Position numbers and translations under genes: made by a program. Under the pieces are notes generated by a model. The model searched no databases, was not told where the DNA came from, and saw only the letters and a list, made by a program, of their open reading frames with translations. Below, one piece after another: positions 19,567-28,913 of a DNA stretch of 64,000 nucleotides. The DNA is from a virus. Numbering within the stretch: the stretch's first letter is position 1; the number at the start of each line of letters is the position of its first letter. The stretch lies in IMG/VR virus record IMGVR_UViG_3300049489_000444, positions 23,108 through 87,107 of that record; one strand, given 5' to 3'.

Positions 19567-20147
19567 TCAACCTCATGGTGGGTCGGCACGACCTCTCCAA
19601 TCCTAAGTGCTTGGCCGCCCACTTCGTTCTGGGCTACGCTCTTGAGATCGTTCAACTCATCAGCCTGCACCGCAGACCCCTTCAGGAGATCGATGACGTC
19701 GATGGGGCGCACAACAGAACCCTTTAGGAGATCGATGGGTGCGTTTTCGATCTCGCTGATGAATGGCGGATTCGGGCCTAGCCTCAAAGAGTGTATGATG
19801 GTGGCGGCCGCTACATTCATGGCCGGCGCATGGTAGATCAGTGCTACGAACCGTTCACCAAGAGCCTCAATGACGATCGCATCTTCAGTATCGACGGTGA
19901 TGTTGATGGCACGACCGTCAGCGAGTCCGTTGAGCTTTCCGCTCGGGCCGAGAATGTTGACGAGCGTGTCTTGACGGATAACCTCAACCGAGCAGAGCAA
20001 GACATACCTATAGGACGCTGCATGCACGGTCAGGCGCGCAGCCAGTCCTTGACTGATGGCGTTTTGCTCGGCCTCTTCCTCGGAATACCCGAGACCCAAC
20101 AGATCGCCAGAGATCCAGCACCGAGCTTCGAACGGTGGTAGCCGCAT
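19563..20147 (-). CDS. Hypothetical protein
   Basis: 194 aa with an AAGGAG RBS; internal duplication (IDLLKGSVV / IDLLKGSAV). Confidence 0.6.
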   Translation of the reverse strand: MRLPPFEARCWISGDLLGLGYSEEEAEQNAISQGLAARLTVHAASYRYVLLCSVEVIRQDTLVNILGPSGKLNGLADGRAINITVDTEDAIVIEALGERFVALIYHAPAMNVAAATIIHSLRLGPNPPFISEIENAPIDLLKGSVVRPIDVIDLLKGSAVQADELNDLKSVAQNEVGGQALRIGEVVPTHHEVE

Positions 20148-20175
20148 TAGATTTCTCCTTTGTGTGTTGATGTGT

Positions 20176-20517
20176 TTACTGCCTAGACAGGCGTTCCCAC
20201 AGAGTCTTGCAGTAACCTGTGATGTTGAGGCAGCGATTTAGCTCACGGATGTCAAATTTCTTGCTGGCGTAGATCGTGAGACAGTCGGCTGATGCTTGGT
20301 CTCCAACCCGGATATACTTCGATCTCATGTCTGCGGCGATCTTACGGATCCGATCAAAGTCCCCGTGCTTATGAAGCGTGCCGGACTTACGGTCAAACAG
20401 GATGGCCGGGCATCTCGTTGAGATCAACATATGGCCGCGATGGTCGCGCAAGATAAACGAGCCGTCCTTGGCGAACTCGTACTGGTTGCTGTATACCTCG
20501 TCGTCATCCCTTTCCAT
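20176..20517 (-). CDS. Hypothetical protein
   Basis: GGAGG RBS before MERDDDEV, overlapping the end of the polymerase gene. Confidence 0.6.
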   Translation of the reverse strand: MERDDDEVYSNQYEFAKDGSFILRDHRGHMLISTRCPAILFDRKSGTLHKHGDFDRIRKIAADMRSKYIRVGDQASADCLTIYASKKFDIRELNRCLNITGYCKTLWERLSRQ

Positions 20518-23470
20518 CTGTCCCTCCAGCGGCAAGCCACTCGCTCATCTTCTTCCAACCATCGTCAGTCCACTCGAGCTTCCTCATGTTGCCCCAAGCG
20601 ATTCCGAATTCGAAATCTACTTCGAGTGGGCAGATAAAATCTACACCCCAGATATCACGGATTTTATCCATCATACAGACCGTGAAACACTTTTCGGCAA
20701 CCGTCGCGGCTTCACGGATATCCTCGATAGGCACCTCAGTCACGCATGAGTCATGGACGATATTTACTATCTTCCAATCCTTCTTGTTCTGTTCAATGTA
20801 ATCAAGCCACAGCCCAGCCCCAATGATACAGGCATCACTGGCCACGCCCTGGATTGGTGCGTTACGAGCAAGCCGGCTTGCGCTGGCGTGTGTCCACTCT
20901 AGGTTTGGGAATGTCTCGGCATCAATCAGGTACTCTGGTAGGCGGCGACGACGCCCCAGTGGGCTCTCGACATACGTTTGTTGTCTGGCGATCTGCTCGA
21001 TCTTACGCAGCCAGCGGTTAGCCGCCGTGAACTGGTCAGCGAAATCCCTGCAGAGGCGTTTAACGTACTCGAGATCGTCTTCCTTCTTGATACGTTGGGC
21101 GATAAGTTTCGGGCCGCCGCCATAGATGAGCGCGAACACAATCGCCTTCGTCTGTTGACGTAGGTCTTTTGCGTCCTGTTTGAGCTTCTTTAGCAGGTTG
21201 TCGATATCCTTCTTCTCCTGATCGTTTTTGGCGTTCGCAAGTTTAGCTTTAGCGGACTTGGTCTCGGCATCAATCTTGGCGAATTGATCTGGAAACATCA
21301 TGCGGGCAGTCTGAAGATGGATGTCGCCCTCAGTGTCAGCCTTAGCTTTGTTCTCTGGGGTTGGGTTCTTGCGGTAAGCATCACGGGCGAATTTTCCATT
21401 ACGCAGGATTGTAGCGAGTCGCCCGTCTCCTGAAATGAGTGCCCACCACCGAACCTCGGCGGCCGCATAGTCTAGCTGCATGAATACCCGGTGAACTTTT
21501 TTGCCCTTGCGCCAAGCCCCATAGGGCTGCTCAGCGCAATACATTGATTTGACGGACGCCTTCGTTGGGGTATCCGCTCGTGGAACATTCTGGATGTTTG
21601 GCGCAGTACAGTTCGGCCGACCAGTTACGGTGTCAGTGAACCCAAAGTTGGCTCTGACTCGGCAATCCGTCGCGTGATCGATCTCTTTAGAGTTCGGATC
21701 AACGAGTTTGATGATCTTACGTGTGTATCCCGTGCTGAGCTTCTTGAAGCCGCTATACTCCTGCATCAATGCGACTTCTTTGATAGGGTCTGGCACAGGA
21801 GTTTGCTGCGTCCCGGCGTATTGCTCGTAGAACTCCTTGTTGACGGAGTGTTTGGCGGTCTTCTTTTTCTTTTTACCCACGACAGGCTTCAGGCCCAGAA
21901 CTTCGAAGAACAACGCCTGTTGATGTTCTTGTGTATCGAGGTTGAACACCCACGGCGTCCCGTATAGGGGCTTCTGTCCTCCGCTGATGCGCTTGGCCAG
22001 GGCGTCATTAGCTGCCCTGACTGTCGGGAGTGCGCGTAGCTCGTTCTTGATCTCTCCCATACGATCAATCAATGGGCTGTTCTTTGACGCCAGTACCCGC
22101 AGATGTTCTAGGTCTGTGTATATGCCGTTACGCTTCAAGACACTGAAAACGCGAAACCCAGAGTTGAACACGTGCATGACCAGCTTGAGTGCCTGATCCC
22201 AGTACCCCTGAGAGCGTGCCACCATGCGCAGGTACCTGAACAGCAGCGACGTGCTGATGACATCCTCAGCCGCGTACGGGATGAGTTGTTCCGGTTTGGC
22301 TTTATACAGGTTACCAGCGGAGCGCTCATCCAATATCTGGGTGTCGTAGGCGTCACGACCGAGGTACTCACTGGCGAGCATCTTCAGGCTGAGACCCTGC
22401 TGGATGATCTTTTGGGTCTTGACCCTATTTTCGTCCAACACGTACGTGAGGCCCATGACGTCGATCATCGGTGCGTTGGTGAATGTCTTTCCGTCGAGGA
22501 TAAACTCCATAACCTGTTGTTGTTCGAATACACCAAAGTGAGTCAACCAATAAGAGAACCCAGGACGCTCTGTGAACAGCTTTCTAAGTAGCTCCTTGAT
22601 GCGCACAAGATCGTCGTCCAAAAATGGACCATATTGGTAGGCATATGGTACTACCCATACCTCTTTGAATGGGTCGACACAGAACTGCAGCATCACGAGC
22701 CCGTTACCGTAGCGGGCATTGGTGTTACGCGTCTCGACGTCGAATGAGCATGTCTGTTTTGCTGTTGTCTCATACAGCAAATGATTGACCATCTTTTCGA
22801 TCTTCTCAACGGTGTCACAGTAGTGGATGGCTGGGTCTGCACGCCACCGCACAGGGTGGTGCATAGACTTTTCACCGTGCTGGGCGAGGTCGAATGCTTT
22901 GGCGATCCCTTCGATGTAGTGAGGGATCAGGGCTGTCGAATTCATAACCTCGTGCGTCTTTATGATCGCTAGTGCTAGATAGTTCTTGCCATCTATCTCG
23001 ACATCAAAAACTTTATTGTACCGCAATCTGTTGTGGTCGTGCGGACTAACCAGAGGCCGCAAGGCAGCGAGCCCGTGACAGACCAGAACTCTTGGAGTCG
23101 TCTCCTCGAGGTCTCTACACAGGTGCTTCCTGCAGTGACTTAGCTCAACCGCGTCCGGCCTACGCGGGGAACCGTCCCGGTCCATTGGTCTGCATCGCAG
23201 CAGGCTGGTGAAGCCGTACCCGTCAGATGGGCATCCGATCTCACATATGATGTCCTTCAGGAAGGATGCGCTGCGCGTTGCGAACGCGTGGCCCTTCTTG
23301 ATGTCCTCTTCAAAAGGAATATCACTGATGAACAGGAGATCGACGTGCTTTGACGGAGACGGTCCGGCCTCTGTCTTTTTCTGGATGACTATCGAGGCCA
23401 CGTTGTGGCAGTTGTCGATGGACGGGCAGTATCTCTGTGTGCATTTCTGTTCTAAAATCGAGATCGGCAT
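20504..23470 (-). CDS. polA: Family A DNA polymerase with N-terminal uracil-DNA-glycosylase-like domain and 3'-5' exonuclease
   Basis: Pol motifs TVTGR, PNIQNVP, DYAAAEVR, RQQTKAIVFALIYG, NAPIQG, VHDS. Exo motifs FDVET and YAAEDV. N-terminus has LRCRP...ELSHCR.HL (family-4 UDG-like). Confidence 0.93.
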   Translation of the reverse strand: MPISILEQKCTQRYCPSIDNCHNVASIVIQKKTEAGPSPSKHVDLLFISDIPFEEDIKKGHAFATRSASFLKDIICEIGCPSDGYGFTSLLRCRPMDRDGSPRRPDAVELSHCRKHLCRDLEETTPRVLVCHGLAALRPLVSPHDHNRLRYNKVFDVEIDGKNYLALAIIKTHEVMNSTALIPHYIEGIAKAFDLAQHGEKSMHHPVRWRADPAIHYCDTVEKIEKMVNHLLYETTAKQTCSFDVETRNTNARYGNGLVMLQFCVDPFKEVWVVPYAYQYGPFLDDDLVRIKELLRKLFTERPGFSYWLTHFGVFEQQQVMEFILDGKTFTNAPMIDVMGLTYVLDENRVKTQKIIQQGLSLKMLASEYLGRDAYDTQILDERSAGNLYKAKPEQLIPYAAEDVISTSLLFRYLRMVARSQGYWDQALKLVMHVFNSGFRVFSVLKRNGIYTDLEHLRVLASKNSPLIDRMGEIKNELRALPTVRAANDALAKRISGGQKPLYGTPWVFNLDTQEHQQALFFEVLGLKPVVGKKKKKTAKHSVNKEFYEQYAGTQQTPVPDPIKEVALMQEYSGFKKLSTGYTRKIIKLVDPNSKEIDHATDCRVRANFGFTDTVTGRPNCTAPNIQNVPRADTPTKASVKSMYCAEQPYGAWRKGKKVHRVFMQLDYAAAEVRWWALISGDGRLATILRNGKFARDAYRKNPTPENKAKADTEGDIHLQTARMMFPDQFAKIDAETKSAKAKLANAKNDQEKKDIDNLLKKLKQDAKDLRQQTKAIVFALIYGGGPKLIAQRIKKEDDLEYVKRLCRDFADQFTAANRWLRKIEQIARQQTYVESPLGRRRRLPEYLIDAETFPNLEWTHASASRLARNAPIQGVASDACIIGAGLWLDYIEQNKKDWKIVNIVHDSCVTEVPIEDIREAATVAEKCFTVCMMDKIRDIWGVDFICPLEVDFEFGIAWGNMRKLEWTDDGWKKMSEWLAAGGTDGKG

Positions 23471-23479
23471 GCCGGATGT

Positions 23480-23794
23480 TTACGGCATATCACGCTCGTC
23501 AGCAGGCGCGGCCTGCTGATAGCCGCTACCCGCATTCAGGTGGACGTACAATCGCCGTTTGACCTCCCTGACAAGGTCAGTCCAACCACCATGGTATTTC
23601 GGGTCTTGTCTGATCGAATCAGACAGACGCACAACCACGTAGATCACCTCATCTAGGGTCGGGTCAATCTTTCCGCCATGCTGCGCATTGTATCGCGCTA
23701 CGAGATCAGCCAACTCCTTCGGCGCTCCGCTCCGTGTAGACGTACATGCATGCCTTGAGTTGCCTGAGGGTTGCGCCATGTTGGGTCTCATCAC
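23480..23794 (-). CDS. Hypothetical protein
   Basis: 104 aa ORF upstream of polA; start uncertain. Confidence 0.45.
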   Translation of the reverse strand: MMRPNMAQPSGNSRHACTSTRSGAPKELADLVARYNAQHGGKIDPTLDEVIYVVVRLSDSIRQDPKYHGGWTDLVREVKRRLYVHLNAGSGYQQAAPADERDMP

Positions 23795-24032
23795 GGACTC
23801 GTTTGATCATGAAGATCGTATCGGTCCGTCCAACGATCTCATAGAATTGCTGGTCAATTCTGTGGTAGAGGCGAGCCCCGACAACAAGGTCTGCGGTCTG
23901 AGGTCGTCTCAGTTCTTGCTCGATCTCTACGCCTTCTCTGGTGAGAGAACCAGACGCAGATGTCGTGACCTGTAGATCGATCGGGATACCGGAGGCTGTC
24001 TCGATCGATGGGATCGACTTTGCTCGTATCAT
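23706..24032 (-). CDS. Hypothetical protein
   Basis: 108 aa, ATGA-coupled to the upstream ORF. Confidence 0.45.
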   Translation of the reverse strand: MIRAKSIPSIETASGIPIDLQVTTSASGSLTREGVEIEQELRRPQTADLVVGARLYHRIDQQFYEIVGRTDTIFMIKRVRDETQHGATLRQLKACMYVYTERSAEGVG

Positions 24033-24298
24033 TGGGCGCCGGCTGGCCGGTTCAGGAATGTCGCGTAGTGCGTCGCGACTGGGCTCTGGATTGCCGCAAT
24101 GAATGGCCGGCAGTTGAAGCAGCGCTGACCTCGTGCCTCCCTTGGGCAGTGCATCTCTTCATGTCGGACCGCGATATAGGCACAAATCTCAACGAATTCG
24201 CGTTGCCGGACATCATCAATGGCCCAGACGGCAGGCCTGCCGATAGCGCTGATCATGTGGTGACTTGGGTTTGATTCCGTAAGCATGTTAGACCTCAC
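24029..24298 (-). CDS. Hypothetical Cys-containing protein
   Basis: 89 aa, HCPR...RCFNC. Confidence 0.45.
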   Translation of the reverse strand: MRSNMLTESNPSHHMISAIGRPAVWAIDDVRQREFVEICAYIAVRHEEMHCPREARGQRCFNCRPFIAAIQSPVATHYATFLNRPAGAQ

Positions 24299-24315
24299 CG
24301 GCTATTTACGCCACA

Positions 24316-24651
24316 TCACTCTGGGGTTTCATGTAGCCTGAGACAGATAGCCTCGATATCGAACCACTGTTCAGGAACATACATACCGTCCTGAAGGTTG
24401 CGGGTAAGATGCTTGATTTGCTTGAAATCCCAGTAGAATCGACCACTCCCGATCAAGCATTGACAGTACCGCTCTGTGCGTGGGATATGACCGCGCTGGC
24501 AGCGCGTTACCCAGTCGTTAAACCAAACGGTATTGTAGGTCCGTCTCGGTCCGAAACGCGGACGCAGCGCCTCGATGGTGGACTGCGCGGGAGTATGAGG
24601 GTCGTCTGGGTTTGCCGCCAGGACCGTTACAACCAGTAGCGCTGTAATCAT
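24316..24651 (-). CDS. Secreted small Cys-containing protein
   Basis: Signal-peptide-like MITALLVVTVLAA, C...YCQC...C pattern, AAGGAGG RBS. Confidence 0.65.
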   Translation of the reverse strand: MITALLVVTVLAANPDDPHTPAQSTIEALRPRFGPRRTYNTVWFNDWVTRCQRGHIPRTERYCQCLIGSGRFYWDFKQIKHLTRNLQDGMYVPEQWFDIEAICLRLHETPE

Positions 24652-24881
24652 GGTTCGACCTCCTTTGGTGGTTTGGCGATGACGACGTAGACGTCCATGC
24701 CGTCGTTTTCATCCCATTCACTCCAACGGACATCCAGCCCGGCCCGTTCCAGGCATTGGAGGAATTCGGACCATTCACGGTCGTCAACCGATAGGCTCTG
24801 ACGGATTTCGTCCGCCGGACTTGGAGTTGTCGGGTTGAGTGATGCCTGCCATCTTCCAGTGTAACGATCGAGGATAATCAT
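24648..24881 (-). CDS. Small acidic hypothetical protein
   Basis: 77 aa directly downstream of the vWA gene, ATGA-coupled to the next gene. Confidence 0.6.
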   Translation of the reverse strand: MIILDRYTGRWQASLNPTTPSPADEIRQSLSVDDREWSEFLQCLERAGLDVRWSEWDENDGMDVYVVIAKPPKEVEP

Positions 24882-24899
24882 CTCTTCTCTTCTTTCGGT

Positions 24900-26243
24900 T
24901 TATGCAGCGAACAACTTGGTGGCGAGATCGTCGTCGATCCCGTAGGTCTGTTCGATGGTCTCGACGGTGTCGCACCACGGGCTGAGGCACTCCGCATTGA
25001 CCCCGATGGCCATCCCAAAGGAGTTGACGCCAAGTGCCTTGGCCTGCTCACGCAGCGCGGCCGTGCGGTTCTGGTTGGATCCACCGTCGGTGATCATGAC
25101 GATGTCGGCCTTGGCCAATTGACCGGGGTTCTGCTGGATGATCTGCAGGGCACGCTCGTACGCGACGTCGATGTCAGTCCCGCCGTGGCACTCCACGAAC
25201 AGCGCGGATGCGTCCATCTTCTCGCCCTTCTTGGTGATGGCCTCGTGCATGATGCGGGTGTCGAATGAGACCACGGCGAACACGCGCCCATCACGAACGG
25301 CCAGATCACCCAACGCCAAAGCCACCGCGGTGGCCCAATCATTCGGGTCGCCCTTCATGCTGCCTGATTTGTCCAGGCACACCACCATCGGCCCTTTGCC
25401 TTTGGTCTCGGTCCCGCGCATCTCGTACTGCAGGACCGAGCGCTCCATCATTTGCCTGTGCAGGTCCAGCCGTGAGAGCGGGTGCATCAGCTTGGCCAGT
25501 TCCGTGGGCAGGAAGCGGGAGATGTCGTCACCGACGGTGATGTCAGCGATCTCATCAGCCCCGTGACGGACCTTCTGCTTCTGCTTGGTCAGGGCCATCT
25601 TGCGGAAGCGGCCAATCAACTGCACCAGCCGCTGCATGCGGGGCTTGGTCTTCAGGGCGTTGGCGATCTGCCGAGTGCGTTCCCCGGCGGCGGCCGCGTG
25701 TTCGCCGGGCTGGTCGCCGGGCTGCCAGCCGAACGCGAATTGATCCAGGGCAGCCTCAGCCTCAATGAGGCCCTCCACGGTCTCCTGTGCACACTGGACG
25801 GCCTTCCGGGTGAGCCGGCGCAGCCCGTCCTCGAACTTCTTGACCTCACCGGGATCCATGGACTTGGGCGGCGTCAGACCACCCTGCTGGGCGCGCTCTT
25901 CGTCCCGGAGGGCTGGACCCAGGTCGCCCATCAACTGCTCGACCGCCATACCGGCCATGGCGGCCCGTTGGTGCTCGGGGAGCGACCGGATTTGGTCCGC
26001 CATGCGTTGGAACGCCGGGAGGGCGTTGCAGGCGTCGTGGACGCCCTTGGCCCAACGGGTCAGCTTGGGGTCGGCCTTTTCGGCCGGCAGCGCCTCAACC
26101 TCGTCACCATTGGCGAGCCGATCAAAAAGCTCGTCCTCGAACTGGACCCGCTTGTGATCGAGCGAGTCGACCTGATCCAGACCGCGGGCAGCGCGGTGTT
26201 GGTAGATCGTCCAACGCGGCACATCGAGGGTGAGTCGCTTCAT
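24900..26243 (-). CDS. viaA: vWA-domain protein (ViaA-like partner of the MoxR ATPase)
   Basis: MIDAS motif CLDKSGSM, GGTD, ADIVMITDG; GDDISRFLPTEL upstream; GGAGG RBS before the ATG at 26243. Confidence 0.85.
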   Translation of the reverse strand: MKRLTLDVPRWTIYQHRAARGLDQVDSLDHKRVQFEDELFDRLANGDEVEALPAEKADPKLTRWAKGVHDACNALPAFQRMADQIRSLPEHQRAAMAGMAVEQLMGDLGPALRDEERAQQGGLTPPKSMDPGEVKKFEDGLRRLTRKAVQCAQETVEGLIEAEAALDQFAFGWQPGDQPGEHAAAAGERTRQIANALKTKPRMQRLVQLIGRFRKMALTKQKQKVRHGADEIADITVGDDISRFLPTELAKLMHPLSRLDLHRQMMERSVLQYEMRGTETKGKGPMVVCLDKSGSMKGDPNDWATAVALALGDLAVRDGRVFAVVSFDTRIMHEAITKKGEKMDASALFVECHGGTDIDVAYERALQIIQQNPGQLAKADIVMITDGGSNQNRTAALREQAKALGVNSFGMAIGVNAECLSPWCDTVETIEQTYGIDDDLATKLFAA

Positions 26244-26266
26244 GGGTGTTGCCTCCAGTGGGTCAA

Positions 26267-26295
26267 CGTATATCAGGATGATATACACATGTCAA
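26267..26295 (-). promoter_or_regulatory. Sigma70-type promoter P1 with palindromic operator
   Basis: TTGACA-17 nt-TATACG. The perfect inverted repeat GTATATCA-GGA-TGATATAC at 26268-26286 covers the spacer and -10. Confidence 0.8.
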
Positions 26296-26379
26296 GGGTA
26301 ATCTTCTTGGCCTGCCGACCTCCTAGGACGCCTCAGGATCGACGTTCCGTGCGTGACCATGCGCACCCCGGTTTGGGTC

Positions 26380-27525
26380 TCAGCGACCCAGCGGACGAGC
26401 GCCGAGGCCCATTCCGGCAGAGACTTGGCGGTTGAACTCAGCCCGGACCTCGCTGATCTCTTTGGCGCCATCCAGGGCCACGGCCTTGGTCCGCTTGCCG
26501 GCCTTCTGGGCCAGATCTTCAATGGACACCCTCATACGGTCCAGTTCGACCATGGCGGAGGCGGCCGCAGCAACGAACGCCTTGCGGTCCCCGCCCTTCA
26601 GGGCCTCAGTCTTCCGCGTCAGTTCGCGGGCCGCGTCGACGACTTCAGACACCTGTGACGAGACAGGGTCCGCCACCTTGCCGACGACGCGCGCCACCTT
26701 GGTGCGCTCCTTGGGCTCGCGCCACAGGGCGTCCACCAGACACAGCATGTCCTCGGCGGTGACCTCGGTCTCACCGGCCAGATAGGCGCTGGCCTTGGCC
26801 AGACGCAGGCACTTCTTGACGCGGCGGTCCGAGATGATGATGCCCTCGACGGCCAGTGCCTCCCTGATCTCGATCAGGGCGTCCACGGCGGCGTCCGTGA
26901 CCTTGACGGCCATGGCGGCCGCCTGAGAGGCGCGCAGGTCACCCATGGTCAGGCGGACCGTGCTGGTGGGCTCATCCGCCAGCAGCATCGTGCGGAGGTT
27001 GGACGTGCGAGACAGATAGGCCACGTCGAACCGCACCATGAAGCGGTCCCAAAGGGCTTCCAGTTCCTTGCCCTCGGGCATCTCGTTGGAGGCGCCGAAG
27101 AGGGACACCAGCGGCATCTTGGTGGGCGCCCCGTCATTGTGGAACAGGCGCTCGTTCATGGCCGTGAGCAACGAGTTGAGGATCGCGCTGTTTGACTTGA
27201 ACACCTCGTCGACAAACGCGAACTCAGCCTCCGGGAGCTTGCCGGTGGTCACGCGGGCGAAGCGGTCCTGCTCCAAGGCCTTCAGGCTGACCGGCCCGAA
27301 AAGCTCCTCGGGCGTGGAGAACCGCGTCATGAGGCGCTCGAAGTACACGCCGGAGAAGGCGGCCGCAATGGCCCGCACGAGGGCCGACTTGGCCGTTCCC
27401 GGAGGCCCCAGCATCAGGACATGCTCGCCGGCCAAGATGGCCGCCAGAGCGCCCTCGATGACATCCCGGCGCTCCGGGAACTGCGCGTTCAACTCGGTCT
27501 TGAGGGCGGCGAATGGCTGGGTCAT
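26380..27525 (-). CDS. ravA: MoxR-family AAA+ ATPase (RavA-like)
   Basis: GPPGTAKS Walker A, TRFSTPEELFGP, FVDEVFKSNSAILNSLL, GASNE, LWDRF, ISDRR; GGAG RBS before the ATG at 27525. Confidence 0.9.
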   Translation of the reverse strand: MTQPFAALKTELNAQFPERRDVIEGALAAILAGEHVLMLGPPGTAKSALVRAIAAAFSGVYFERLMTRFSTPEELFGPVSLKALEQDRFARVTTGKLPEAEFAFVDEVFKSNSAILNSLLTAMNERLFHNDGAPTKMPLVSLFGASNEMPEGKELEALWDRFMVRFDVAYLSRTSNLRTMLLADEPTSTVRLTMGDLRASQAAAMAVKVTDAAVDALIEIREALAVEGIIISDRRVKKCLRLAKASAYLAGETEVTAEDMLCLVDALWREPKERTKVARVVGKVADPVSSQVSEVVDAARELTRKTEALKGGDRKAFVAAAASAMVELDRMRVSIEDLAQKAGKRTKAVALDGAKEISEVRAEFNRQVSAGMGLGARPLGR

Positions 27526-27565
27526 GTGGTGTATCTCCGGTGGACGGGATGTCCAAGTAACGTGG

Positions 27566-27594
27566 AGCATACATGGAGTGTACCGATCTGTCAA
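27566..27594 (-). promoter_or_regulatory. Sigma70-type promoter P2
   Basis: TTGACA-17 nt-TATGCT upstream of the MoxR gene; no clear operator. Confidence 0.7.
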
Positions 27595-27602
27595 GCGATA
27601 TC

Positions 27603-27800
27603 TTAGTGCGCGAGATCCGGCTCATCTTTGATGGCGGTCTGGACCGCCTCCCCGCCTGATGCCTCGTTGATGGCCTCGAGGATCTCGGTATCCGAGAGCC
27701 CTTTCTCTCGCAAAAACGCCATCTTCTGCTGGAGCGTACCGGGACCGTCGGCCGTGTCTCGGAGGAACTTCACGGCTCGGGCGAGGCTAATGGTTCTCAT
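27603..27800 (-). CDS. 65-aa protein resembling the Pex14 N-terminal domain
   Basis: AVKFL-x10-QQKMAFLREKGLSDTEI matches the Pex14_N signature; GGAG RBS. Confidence 0.65.
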   Translation of the reverse strand: MRTISLARAVKFLRDTADGPGTLQQKMAFLREKGLSDTEILEAINEASGGEAVQTAIKDEPDLAH

Positions 27801-27866
27801 TGTAGTATCTCCATTGGTCTGCATGACGGGCGCGCAACCACAGGCCGCGCCCGGACATCGCCTCCG

Positions 27867-28811
27867 TCAGGCACGCTTTTGCGCCAGCAGTGTCTCGACG
27901 GACTGCACCATCTGGTTCAGTTGGGCGTCAAGGTCTTCGACGGTGCAGCCGAGGATCGAGCGGTACAGCGTGGCGCGCCCACGCAGGTCCTCGAACGTCG
28001 CCAGACGGCGGTCCAGGGTGCTGGGGCGGACCCCGTCAGGGTCCTCGCAGAACCCCGCGATTTCGCCACGCAGGGCGGTCAGTTCGGCCTCAATGGAGCC
28101 CGCGGCCGCCACCTGCAGGGCACGCTCGGCCTGCTCGGACCGACTCACCGGCAGGACGAAAACCTCAGACGAGCCGATTCCGGCGATTGCACCCTGCAGG
28201 GCGCGGACCTTGTCCGCGTTCGTGCGCGGCACCCAGTAGATGCCGCCGGTCTCGCGCAGCGTCACGCCGTTGGCGGCCTTCAAGCATTTGACGATCGTCG
28301 TCATGACGTCACGACTCGGGTGGGTCGTGAGGTACCGCTGGTATTCCCTCACGATCAGCCCGGCCGTCTCGTTGACCGGGTTGTCAGTCGAGATTACCGG
28401 GTTGGCCTTGTCGGCCTTGTCCAGCATGACCAGCGCCTTCTGCGTTGAGAAGTAGTTCCCGGACGCGTCGTGGCCCTCCTCGACGACCGCGTAGATCAGC
28501 GCGTTGGCGCTGTCGACGGTGGGGCGCACCAGAGTCCCCTGGCGGTTGGCGCCAAGGTTGGTTGATGCCGCCCGCACCGCGAGCCGCAGCGCCTTGTCGG
28601 GCGTCTGCGCCTCCGGGAGCATCTTGGGGTCCAGCCCCGCGCTGACCCAACGCTGCTCCAGCACGGAGCGCTGGACGTCGGCGTCAGCCAACGCCCAATA
28701 GACGATATCGCCAAGGTGCTCGCCATTTGAGGTGGCGAGCACGTTGCGCAGGTCCGTAACGGACCGGACCTGCGTGGAGGAGGAGATGGCGGCGGCGGCG
28801 GTGTCGGTCAT
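27867..28811 (-). CDS. DUF6744/DUF3150-like protein associated with AAA-vWA modules
   Basis: LGDIVYWAL...W..AGL...LP, LRETGGIYWVP, RATLYRSILG. Family recalled from memory, not searched. Confidence 0.6.
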   Translation of the reverse strand: MTDTAAAAISSSTQVRSVTDLRNVLATSNGEHLGDIVYWALADADVQRSVLEQRWVSAGLDPKMLPEAQTPDKALRLAVRAASTNLGANRQGTLVRPTVDSANALIYAVVEEGHDASGNYFSTQKALVMLDKADKANPVISTDNPVNETAGLIVREYQRYLTTHPSRDVMTTIVKCLKAANGVTLRETGGIYWVPRTNADKVRALQGAIAGIGSSEVFVLPVSRSEQAERALQVAAAGSIEAELTALRGEIAGFCEDPDGVRPSTLDRRLATFEDLRGRATLYRSILGCTVEDLDAQLNQMVQSVETLLAQKRA

Positions 28812-28855
28812 TGGGTTTTCTCCGTGGGCTCAGTGGCCCGGTCCTTCGTTGTGGT

Positions 28856-28887
28856 AGGCATATATCATCGTGATATATGCCTGTCAA
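28856..28887 (-). promoter_or_regulatory. Sigma70-type promoter P3 with palindromic operator
   Basis: TTGACA-17 nt-TATATG. Perfect inverted repeat with 12-bp arms, AGGCATATATCA-TCG-TGATATATGCCT, at 28856-28882. Confidence 0.8.
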
Positions 28888-28913
28888 GTGAAATCGGCTG
28901 ACAGATCAGCCGA
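28886..28913 (-). terminator. Possible intrinsic terminator
   Basis: 8-bp hairpin TCGGCTGA-4nt-TCAGCCGA at the end of the upstream ORF, followed only by a weak TTTCACTT tail. Confidence 0.35.

Noticed and set aside
25482-26435. Long + strand ORFs antisense to the vWA, MoxR, fibre and sheath genes
   Set aside because: Shadow ORFs expected from high GC3 or Gly-rich coding; no RBS or recognisable motifs.
27567-27585. Fourth operator copy in promoter P2
   Set aside because: The equivalent 19-mer (GCATACATGGAGTGTACCG) is not a convincing match to the palindrome.
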